NCBI GenBank assembly: GCA_046482545.1
Contig: JAWOEX010000039.1
Coordinates: 136,898-200,897 of the forward strand
DNA: 64,000 bases
Reading direction: 5' to 3'
Source of the DNA: Candidatus Thorarchaeota archaeon
GTDB lineage: Archaea > Asgardarchaeota > Thorarchaeia > Thorarchaeales > Thorarchaeaceae
A program made the position numbers and the translations under genes. A model generated the notes under the pieces. The model made no database searches, had not been told where the DNA came from, and saw only the letters and a program-made list of their open reading frames with translations. Shown here in pieces: positions 20,551-29,185 of this stretch (position 1 is the first letter of the stretch; every line of letters starts with the position of its first letter).

Positions 20551-20799
20551 AGAATAAGGGGGTAATTTTCCCAATTTCAGTTGCCTCAATACGGATTGTA
20601 TGTGTAATAGAATACCACAGAAAAACTATGAGCTGAGTTGAAACTAACTCCGGCTGTGATTGAATTTTGCATGGCGTGCAGGACAGGAGGTTTTTTGGTC
20701 ATTTGCATGCTTGCCCTGGTAGTCATGCCTCGCGGTACCTCTTCTGCTTCAATGACAACAGAATCAATCAAACAATGACTCTTTTTGGATAAGAGTGTA

Positions 20800-21030
20800 T
20801 TTGATTATCCTCACAATTACCATGGCCTGATAGAGGGTCTACTGGATGATGAAATCCAAGTTGTTGATGACGTAATACAATAGAGTGTCCTACCTGAATT
20901 AAGGGAAGCCGAGAACACCAAAACAGCTGAAATCCTCAGAGATGGCTATGGATATCTCAGCATCAACTGTGCAAAATATCCATTCCACATAACCGCATTC
21001 AGGAAGACTTTCGCATTTGCAATTGACAGT
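20800..21030 (+). pseudogene. Fragment of an ABC oligopeptide-type substrate-binding protein
   Basis: DEIQVVDDVIQ*SVLPELREAENTKTAEILRDGYGYLSINCAKYP, then frameshift to FHITAFRKTFAFAID, matching the SBP family 5 N...PF.....R.A...AID segment. Confidence 0.6.
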
Positions 21031-21098
21031 CATACTCTCTGCAGTGGTCATCCTCCGACTTACATCAGCAAAAGGGATAGAAAAATCTTAGATTGCGC

Positions 21099-22112
21099 TC
21101 ATTTGTCGAAAAAGGTTGATTGTAGAGACGCTAGAAGTTCGTTTTCGCTGGCAAAATCTCTCTCCTCTATGGTATCAAAAACCTCTCTCACCTTTATGCT
21201 CTCATCAGGTTTAATCCAAACCCACCAATCTCCACACTTTGAAAGTATTTCATCTTTGGTGATGGGATATTGTACATCAATTTCTGCCATTACAGCATCA
21301 GCGCCCCAAGAAACTTCTGGGAATTCGTTCTCTCGGAGGTATTGGACAAAACGCCTACAGTCGTTGTGCATCTCATAGTTGTTGAAGAGCACATAGACCA
21401 TCTGATTCGCGTATTCCTCACATTTCTCATAGAGTCTCTTCAGGTCATCATTGGTGAATTTGTATCTATACTTCTGTGACCCTAATCCATGCAGTCTGAA
21501 GTACTTCAGGTCAACATTATCAATCTTTAGCGTTTCACTCTTGAGAGGATCAACCACATTGACAAGCTTGTATTCATCACATAGATCGCTAATGATATCG
21601 TCAGTCCATTCAGCTCCACGGGTCTCCAATGCCAAAGAAAAATCGGCATCGGTGCCTTCCAAAAAATTGCTTAGATTGGATAGATGTTCGTCAGACGGTT
21701 CAAAACTTGAAGGCGTTTGAAGCAAGCAGATGTCGGCAGCCAGTTCTTCACAGATGGCTTTCGTTTCAAGCCATGCATCAAAAACCTCTTCGGTCGGTCT
21801 AAAGGAGCCATAATTGTCCACTTTCCCCTCCTCAACTTCAATGCCTCCTTTGTCATAGGTAGGACTTGAAGGTTCGTGAGTGATTCGTTGATTGGCCTTA
21901 ACAACGAATCTGAAATCAGAATTTACCTCATCGACTAGTTTCCGCCATTTTTGGGCAGTCCTTTTCATTGGCAATTTGTAGAAGGACGAATTCAATTCTA
22001 GAAGAGGATATTCATCCGAATAAGCCTGTATCTTCTGTACGTATTTTTCTTTCCACCCTTCAGGAGGTCGGTAGTATCTATATCCAGAACAACCAGGTAC
22101 AATCTGCGCCAT
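21099..22112 (-). CDS. DUF72 domain protein
   Basis: GCSG, ELNSSFY..P, F.VKA...ITH, LLQTPSSF, YFRLHG, YVLFNN; start MAQIV at 22112. Confidence 0.88.
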   Translation of the reverse strand: MAQIVPGCSGYRYYRPPEGWKEKYVQKIQAYSDEYPLLELNSSFYKLPMKRTAQKWRKLVDEVNSDFRFVVKANQRITHEPSSPTYDKGGIEVEEGKVDNYGSFRPTEEVFDAWLETKAICEELAADICLLQTPSSFEPSDEHLSNLSNFLEGTDADFSLALETRGAEWTDDIISDLCDEYKLVNVVDPLKSETLKIDNVDLKYFRLHGLGSQKYRYKFTNDDLKRLYEKCEEYANQMVYVLFNNYEMHNDCRRFVQYLRENEFPEVSWGADAVMAEIDVQYPITKDEILSKCGDWWVWIKPDESIKVREVFDTIEERDFASENELLASLQSTFFDK

Positions 22113-22403
22113 TACATTCCCTGTTGTATCTTCAACTGCGCACCTAAAATTCCTTTCAAAACGTAAAATAAACAGCAAAATCAAATCAGAGGGAGTTTCC
22201 CTCATCGAGAATACTAACCAAATGTTATTCTTGGAAATAAAACACCCCAATTAGCTGAATATGTCGTTGCGGCTATTCTCGATATCAATAGCGCAAAAGA
22301 CCTGAGTGGAAGAACTAAAGCCCACGAACATGTTTTTGGTGCCATAATCATTAGAATATACAAATCTTGGCAACAAGACATGAATGGAGGAAATATATTC
22401 CAA

Positions 22404-22534
22404 TGAAGACGGACAAAGCCCCTGCTAACTCACGGGCCTACGGGTACCGTGGGAGCGGCGATGCTGGCAGGGGAAGGGTGGAACACAGAAGTTTCATGCA
22501 GTTCCTAGAACTGTAAGAAATGGGTTATCAAGAA
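22404..22534 (+). ncRNA. Putative structured RNA (omegaRNA scaffold-like), stand-alone copy 2 upstream of thrS
   Basis: Homologous to 2578-2708 (minus); stems CCCCUGC 22419-22425/GCAGGGG 22467-22473, CACGG/CCGUG hairpin with cUACGg tetraloop, GCAGUUC/GAACUGU. Confidence 0.55.
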
Positions 22535-22638
22535 GGGGTAGCACAACACAGGAAAAATGAACTTGAAAACGGTTTGTCTCACTCCTAGGGCATCACTCTT
22601 AAGAATGTGAATGCTCATCATAAACACGGGTTCTCATC

Positions 22639-24522
22639 ATGAGGATGCTTCAAATCCATAGCAACAGCTTTTCGTTTGAGCTTAAAAAGAAAGCTCTGAA
22701 AAACGCAGAAGAAGTCGAAGATGAGTCTATATCAATCTCAGATTCGTGTTTGGTCAATTTCATTGCTGGCGAAAAGAGTGACAGCACAGATATTGAACTT
22801 GTTTCAGAGAAAACAGCTGAGATGATAGCTGCAGCCGCCGAAGATGTCAATGAGAATAGAATCGTTGTATATCCCTGGGTGCATCTTACTGAGAATCCAA
22901 GTCCCCCACATGTTGCACTCGCGCTTCTCAGAAATGTGGCATCAAAGCTTCGGGACATGGATTATGAAGTCACTAGAGTTCCATTTGGCTGGTACAAGGA
23001 ATTCTCTATTCACTGTAAAGGCCATCCATTGGCTGAGAGATCCAAAGTCCTAGATATTTCCAAAGCTGAAGCGCAGACGGAAGTTACCGTTTCAGAGGAC
23101 CTTACGGCATTGGAAGCGGAGGAAGAAGCGAAATCAGTATTCTACATAATGGAACCAGATGGCGAATTGACTGAGGTTGAAGATTACGACTTCAGCGGCA
23201 AAGAAGAACTGCGAATGTATGTGGATTATGAGATTGCTAAGGATCGTACCGCCCACGAACCGCCAGCGCATATCGAGATAATGAAAGACCTAGAGCTAGT
23301 GGATTATGAACCGGGTTCCGACGCGGGTAACTTCCGCTGGCCACCCAGAGGGCTCACACTGAAAAAGGCCGTTGAAAAGAGAGTAACTGCTGAAATGGTT
23401 GATTATGGCGCTCACATAGTTGAGACGCCCCTGATTTACGATTACAGTCACCCATCTCTGAAGTCGTATCTTCAACGGTTTCCATCTAGACAATATGTCG
23501 TACGCAGTGGTGACAAGGATTACTTTGCTCGCTTCTCTGCTTGCTTTGGACAGTTCCTACTCGTATCCCAAGCACAAGCCTCATACAAGCAACTACCATT
23601 AAAACTCTTTGAAATCGCGCCCTCTTATCGGAGAGAGCAATCCGGAGAGCTGGCGGGAATGAGGAGACCAAGGGCGTTCACCATGCCCGATATTCATGAG
23701 ATTGTATCTGATGTTGAGATGGCTAAGAACTCTGTCATGAACCAGATGGAGTTTGTCGAGAAATTACACCACGAACTCGAAGTTGACTATGAAGTGTCGT
23801 TCCGTGTTCTCAAATCATTCTTTGACGAACACAGGGATTTCGTCAATGGAGTAGTAGAGAAAGTAGGCAAACCGGTTATGCTCGAAGTCTTCGATGAACG
23901 CTATGCGTATTTCATTTTCAAAGGAGAATGGAACGTAGTTGATTCTCAAGAAAAGGCAGGGTGTCTAGGCACAATTCAAATTGACGTCGAGAACTCTAAA
24001 CGGTTCGACATCACTTATGTAGGTGAAGACGGAGAAGAACACTATCCTCTGATTCTGCATACATCTCCTTCAGGATCAATCGAGCGGGTTCTATATGGTG
24101 TACTTGAGCAGGCGCATAAGCAGATGGAGAAAGGGGTTAAACCACGGTTGCCCCTTTGGATGACCCCAGTTCAGGTCAGGCTTGCCCCGCTTGATGACAC
24201 GTTTGTTGACTATTGTGTCGAGCTTAGCAAGGTTTTCGAAGAAGCTGGAATAAGGTACGAAATTGATGACAGGTCGATGACAGTGGGCAAGAAAGTTCGG
24301 TCAGCAGAGAAAATGTGGGTGCCATACATCTGTGTAGTGGGAGACAGGGAAAAGGAAAGCGGAGAGCTCAGCGTTAGAAGGCGCGAAGAAGGTGACAATA
24401 TTAAGATGAAGCCTGAAGAACTCGTCGAACGTATTCAGGAACAGACATCTTTTGCGCCCAAACAAAGGCTCCTGCTACCGAATCTGATATCAAAGCAAGC
24501 CATATTTTCAAGAGAAGTCTAA
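22639..24522 (+). CDS. thrS: Threonine--tRNA ligase (archaeal type with N-terminal editing domain)
   Basis: YP.VHL and PFGWYK.F...CKGHPLAE.S editing domain; SYRREQSGEL, R.FTMPDIH, QIDVEN..RF, HTSPSGSIER. Confidence 0.96.
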   Translation: MRMLQIHSNSFSFELKKKALKNAEEVEDESISISDSCLVNFIAGEKSDSTDIELVSEKTAEMIAAAAEDVNENRIVVYPWVHLTENPSPPHVALALLRNVASKLRDMDYEVTRVPFGWYKEFSIHCKGHPLAERSKVLDISKAEAQTEVTVSEDLTALEAEEEAKSVFYIMEPDGELTEVEDYDFSGKEELRMYVDYEIAKDRTAHEPPAHIEIMKDLELVDYEPGSDAGNFRWPPRGLTLKKAVEKRVTAEMVDYGAHIVETPLIYDYSHPSLKSYLQRFPSRQYVVRSGDKDYFARFSACFGQFLLVSQAQASYKQLPLKLFEIAPSYRREQSGELAGMRRPRAFTMPDIHEIVSDVEMAKNSVMNQMEFVEKLHHELEVDYEVSFRVLKSFFDEHRDFVNGVVEKVGKPVMLEVFDERYAYFIFKGEWNVVDSQEKAGCLGTIQIDVENSKRFDITYVGEDGEEHYPLILHTSPSGSIERVLYGVLEQAHKQMEKGVKPRLPLWMTPVQVRLAPLDDTFVDYCVELSKVFEEAGIRYEIDDRSMTVGKKVRSAEKMWVPYICVVGDREKESGELSVRRREEGDNIKMKPEELVERIQEQTSFAPKQRLLLPNLISKQAIFSREV

Positions 24523-24625
24523 CCTGTGAAAATCAAGGTTTATTCTCATTGGGCGCTACCGCTAGCCGATATGCTCTTTACGGACCGTGCTTATACAATA
24601 GCATCAACAAACTGGAGACATGTAG

Positions 24626-25768
24626 ATGAAAGCATTGGTGTTGGGCTCAGGCCAAATGGGAAAGGGTGTGGCATTTGATCTTGTGTCACATGAGATATGC
24701 ACGGAGGCCTTTGTAGGCGACATCAACAAACAAAGGGCGAAAGAGGTGGCTGACTATGCAGGTCCAAAGGTTTCACCCCTCAAAATCGATGCGGAAAATA
24801 GAGAAGAGCTGAAGGATGCCTTCTCGGATGTAGACGTCGTTGTGAGCTGCGTGAGCTACAGAATCAATCCGCTGCATACCGAAATAGCGATTGAGACTGG
24901 CACGAACATGGTGGATCTTGGCGGAAACTACAAAATAGTTGAACAGCAGTTGCAGATGGATAAGGATGCTAAAGAAGCAGACATCATTGTGATCCCGGAT
25001 TGCGGCCTGGCACCTGGTATGACAAACATCCTTGTCAGCAGCGGTATCGAGTATCTCGACCAGACAGAAGACGTTGGGATTCGAGTTGGCGGTCTTCCAA
25101 AACAGCCTCGTCCACCACTGAACTACTCCCTTGTGTTTTCTGTTGAAGGGCTCATCAATGAATACGTTGAGCCCTGTAGAGTTATCAAAGATGGAAAAAT
25201 CGACTATGAAGACCCCCTTGTTGGGTTTGAACAAATCGATTTCCCAGATCCTTTTGGAACGTTAGAGGCGTTCAATACGAGCGGCGGAACGTCTACGTTG
25301 CCATCTACCTACGAAGGCAAAGTGGAGAACCTGGACTACAAGACTGTTCGTTATCCGGGTCATGGCCATAAGATGTGGACTCTGCTCCAGCTAGGTCTGA
25401 TGAATTCGGAAGAAATCACGGTAGAAACAACCAAAATTGCACCCAGAAAACTATTGGAGAAGCTTCTCAAAGAAAATCTCCCCGAAGTCAAAGAAGATGT
25501 CACACTTCTGAGGGTCAAAATTAGTGGCTGGAAAGGTACTGAATCAAGGAGTATCGAGTATGAGTTGATAGACCATTACGATGAAGAAACAGGACTTACC
25601 TCGATGGCAAGGACCACTGCTTTCAGTGCATCTGCAGTTGCCACTATGATTTGTAATGGTAGCATAGAAGAACGTGGAGTTCTGCCTCCGGAGCTGGCAG
25701 TGCCCTCTGAATCTTTCATTACAGAAATGAGGAAAAGAGGAATCGGTATCAAGAAGCGAATCTTCTAG
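24626..25768 (+). CDS. Saccharopine dehydrogenase / lysine 6-dehydrogenase family
   Basis: LGSGQMG, DLGG, CGLAPG, VGGLP, FSVEGLINEY, YKTVRYPGH, MARTT. Confidence 0.88.
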   Translation: MKALVLGSGQMGKGVAFDLVSHEICTEAFVGDINKQRAKEVADYAGPKVSPLKIDAENREELKDAFSDVDVVVSCVSYRINPLHTEIAIETGTNMVDLGGNYKIVEQQLQMDKDAKEADIIVIPDCGLAPGMTNILVSSGIEYLDQTEDVGIRVGGLPKQPRPPLNYSLVFSVEGLINEYVEPCRVIKDGKIDYEDPLVGFEQIDFPDPFGTLEAFNTSGGTSTLPSTYEGKVENLDYKTVRYPGHGHKMWTLLQLGLMNSEEITVETTKIAPRKLLEKLLKENLPEVKEDVTLLRVKISGWKGTESRSIEYELIDHYDEETGLTSMARTTAFSASAVATMICNGSIEERGVLPPELAVPSESFITEMRKRGIGIKKRIF

Positions 25769-26157
25769 TCTTAGGAAAACTAGAGCGGCTAGTCTATGGC
25801 TTTTCAGCCGCGGATACTCATCGGAGTTCTCATTAGGTCCCTGAGAATATCCTCCGTAACCTGTAGCAATAGTGAGATTCCCTGCGGAATACTCAATGAG
25901 GGCAGTTCCGACTTCACCACCAGAGACGAAGATAAATGGAGTGCTCTCAAGTTTTCAGTGCGATGAAGCAAGCTAAGAATCTACTGGACGGCATAGTTCA
26001 TGTGACTCTCCTTAATCATTCAACTACGTTCAGCGGGATAGCGAGGAGAACTGCATGCGCCTTACGTTCATTAACAATACTTGCAGTGAATTCTAAACAG
26101 TGCGCTTAAGGTCCTGCATTTGCGGATTCATGCGCACCGGAGTAAGTGTACCTCCAC

Positions 26158-27102
26158 CTAGTTGCCGATTCTCGCCGAGAGCTTCTCTATCATATCTTCG
26201 GTCATGTCAGCGAGATCATAGTCTGGCTCCCAACCCCATTCATCACGAGCCGCACTATCATCAATAGAGCTTGGCCAGGAATCAGCGATTTCCTGTCTGT
26301 AGTCCGGTTCATATTGCACTTCGAATTCTGGAATATGCTTCTTGATTTCAGCAACGAGCTCCGCGGGGGTGAAACTCATAGCGGTGATATTGAAGCTCCT
26401 GTGTTTCAAATCTGACTCATTCGCTTCCATCAGGTCTATGGTGCTCTTGATACAGTCAGGCATGTACATCATTGGAAGCCTACTATCCTCTTCCAAGAAA
26501 CAGGTGTACTGCTTGTTCTCAAGTGCTTCATAGAAAATCTCCACAGCATAATCGGTAGTTCCCCCACCAGGCATGGTTTCAGAGCTGATAATGCCAGGAT
26601 AGCGTAATGACCTGAAATCCACATCAAACCGCTTGGCATAGTACTCTCCAAGCAGCTCGATGAAAACTTTGGTTACGCCGTACATGCTGGTCGGCCTCAT
26701 AATCACATCATTAGGGGTGTTCTCCTTCGGTGTGCTTGGCCCGAAGGCTGCTATTGAACTGGGAATGATTATCTGATCCAGATTCAAAATCCTAGCAGCT
26801 TCCAGCGCGTTATAGCTTCCTTGTACATTTGTTCGGTATGCAAGCTGTGGATTATTCTCACCAACAGCCGATAATACTGATGCATTATGGATTAGAGCAT
26901 CTATGTCGTGCTCTACCAGCAACGTGTGAAACTGGGTGGTATCAAGCACATCAAGTCGTCGATACGGGCCTTTTTCTCTCAACACATCTGGTGGTTTCTT
27001 CCTCCCTGTTGCTACTATATTTTCGCCTCCATACCTCTCTCTCAGTGCTTCAATTAGCTCAGTCCCGATTTGCCCGTAGCTACCAGTCACAAGTATCTTC
27101 AT
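26158..27102 (-). CDS. L-threonine 3-dehydrogenase (SDR/GalE-like)
   Basis: TGSYGQIG, LSAVGE, PSSIAAFG, YGVTK, PGGGTTDYA, PMMYMPD, RQ.IADSWP. Confidence 0.88.
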   Translation of the reverse strand: MKILVTGSYGQIGTELIEALRERYGGENIVATGRKKPPDVLREKGPYRRLDVLDTTQFHTLLVEHDIDALIHNASVLSAVGENNPQLAYRTNVQGSYNALEAARILNLDQIIIPSSIAAFGPSTPKENTPNDVIMRPTSMYGVTKVFIELLGEYYAKRFDVDFRSLRYPGIISSETMPGGGTTDYAVEIFYEALENKQYTCFLEEDSRLPMMYMPDCIKSTIDLMEANESDLKHRSFNITAMSFTPAELVAEIKKHIPEFEVQYEPDYRQEIADSWPSSIDDSAARDEWGWEPDYDLADMTEDMIEKLSARIGN

Positions 27103-27404
27103 TCATCTTTATCCTCAATAATTCATTATGTACCGAGCAACATCAGAGTCATGACGCTCTTCTCTGCTAAAGCTCGGTGTATCTCAGTTTCTAGGCCCAT
27201 AGAACCCCAATTAAAAACCTACCGAGAGCTCCATCTTTTTTTTTGAAACAACGTAATTATGAGTAGAAATTCGATTCAGGAGATCACCAATCTACCTGCA
27301 ACGGTATTTCGCACGGATTGACTTATTTAGACAGCGAACAAATTGGACTCACTTGGGTTTGCGTCATCTATGCAATCTGTTCTCAACTACGTAGGTGGAT
27401 AAAC

Positions 27405-29165
27405 ATGAATGGCGAAAGAGAACTCCTTGAATCGCTAGAGTCGCTTGTTTTTGTCATAGACTCCGATAACAAATTCACCAGCTGCTATGGAGGAAAGCGG
27501 ACCCCTCTTTACGCGAAACCAGAAAATTTCATCGGACAACCAGTTAGTAGCATAATTCCTCAACATGTTTTGGATAAATTCCAAGATACAGCTGCATTGG
27601 TGCGAAAAACTGAGCATCGTCATGGTTTTGATTATTCCCTTGTGATAGACGGAGAAGATAGATGGTTCCATATAGACATAGAGCTCCATAATGATGGTCA
27701 GAGCCTTATTGGAATTGTAAATGAGATAACAGCAACAAGGAGAATTCAGAACGCAATCGCGGAAAGGGAACTGATGTACAGAGTTCTCTTCGAATCAGCA
27801 AATGATGCCATTTTCATCATGAATCGCGCTACATTCTTGAAATGTAACGACAGAACCTTGGAAATGTTTGGATGCCAGAGAGATGAAATACTGGGTAAAC
27901 ATCCGTTCGACCTCTCTCCAGAATACCAGCCAAATGGAGATCCATCAGAGGATTTAGCCTTAGAGAGAATCAATGAAGCATTACAGGGAAATCCGCAGGT
28001 TTTTCGCTGGGTCCATAAGCGCTGTGATTCTAAACTATTCCATGCACAAGTAAGCCTAAATAGGATTCAACTGGATGGTGAGACTCTCATACAAGCGATA
28101 GTCCGCGATGTCACCGACCAAGTGAACATGGAGAAGGAACTCAGGGAGAGCCAGAAGAAGTACAGGACTCTATTCGAGGAAGCCCCTGTAGCAATTATGA
28201 TAGTTGGAAGCGAAGGAGATATCCTTGCAGCTAATGACGCTGCTTCAGTTTTGCTTGGATATGATACCACACATCTCCAATCGATGAATTTCAAGACACT
28301 ATATTCAAGCCATAACAACAGCAAGGGTTTAGTTCACACCTTGGTTAGTAATGGAAAGCTTACTCGCCATGAAGCTACATTGAAACACAGAACCGGAAGG
28401 AATCTTTCCATCGTACTCGATTCTGAGCCAGTTCAGATAGCCCATGAGTGGGTGAACTTCGTTACAATCCGTGACATCACGCAACAGAAGAGAATAAGCG
28501 AGAACCTAAAGACAGCAGCTGAAACCGCTAATCTCTACTTAGACATCATGAGCCATGATATCAGGAACAATCTGCAGGCAATCATGACGGCTGCTGAAAT
28601 CATCCGCAATGAAGCCCAGAATGTGGAAGTGGAAAGGCCTATTGAAACAATCATCGAAGCCGTGGGCAATTCCAATGCAATGATACACAGCCTTCACGAC
28701 ACAAAAGGTCTACTCTCTGTTGAATTACAAAGAATGAATCTTATTGACGTCATAGATCACTGTATCGCTGATTTGAGAACCGAGCATCCCAGAATCGCAA
28801 TTCAAAAAGACTATGAGACCGGCGAGGCTCCTGTTCAAGCCGATAGATACGCTTACGACCTCTTTCACAACCTTATCGAGAATGGCATCATCCATAACGA
28901 TAATCCGAAACCCAGTGTGTGGATACAACTGGTCCAAGTGGATCGAGGGTATCTTGTAATGGTCGCAGATAACGGTCCTGGATTTAGTCGTAGCAGAAAG
29001 CAAGCATTATTCGATCCTAAACGAAGGTTCGGAGGAGTGGGGCTTCATCAGGTCAAGTACCTAGTTGAAAGGTACGATGGAAAAATCGATGTGCGGAACA
29101 GAGTGGAAAACAAAAACGATGAGGGAACCAGCTTTGTAATCTGGCTCCCCCAAGCGAGTACGTAA
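27405..29165 (+). CDS. PAS-domain sensor histidine kinase (3 PAS + HisKA + HATPase)
   Basis: LFESANDAI and LFEEAPVAI PAS starts, RDVT/RDIT ends, H-box SHDIRNNLQ, N-box NLIENG, DNGPG, GVGL. Confidence 0.9.
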   Translation: MNGERELLESLESLVFVIDSDNKFTSCYGGKRTPLYAKPENFIGQPVSSIIPQHVLDKFQDTAALVRKTEHRHGFDYSLVIDGEDRWFHIDIELHNDGQSLIGIVNEITATRRIQNAIAERELMYRVLFESANDAIFIMNRATFLKCNDRTLEMFGCQRDEILGKHPFDLSPEYQPNGDPSEDLALERINEALQGNPQVFRWVHKRCDSKLFHAQVSLNRIQLDGETLIQAIVRDVTDQVNMEKELRESQKKYRTLFEEAPVAIMIVGSEGDILAANDAASVLLGYDTTHLQSMNFKTLYSSHNNSKGLVHTLVSNGKLTRHEATLKHRTGRNLSIVLDSEPVQIAHEWVNFVTIRDITQQKRISENLKTAAETANLYLDIMSHDIRNNLQAIMTAAEIIRNEAQNVEVERPIETIIEAVGNSNAMIHSLHDTKGLLSVELQRMNLIDVIDHCIADLRTEHPRIAIQKDYETGEAPVQADRYAYDLFHNLIENGIIHNDNPKPSVWIQLVQVDRGYLVMVADNGPGFSRSRKQALFDPKRRFGGVGLHQVKYLVERYDGKIDVRNRVENKNDEGTSFVIWLPQAST

Positions 29166-29185
29166 ACCTTTAGACTTCTCAACCA

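Noticed and set aside
22471-22490. T-box-like GGGTGGAAC motif upstream of an aminoacyl-tRNA synthetase gene
   Set aside because: It reads TGGAACA rather than TGGNACC, no stem I/specifier or terminator was recognised, T-boxes are bacterial, and the same motif occurs in the copy near 2630 far from any aaRS gene.
25770-26157. Possible ncRNA or gene remnant between the convergent dehydrogenases (GTGCGC..GCGCAC hairpin)
   Set aside because: Only short stems and no recognisable RNA family or protein similarity; insufficient support.
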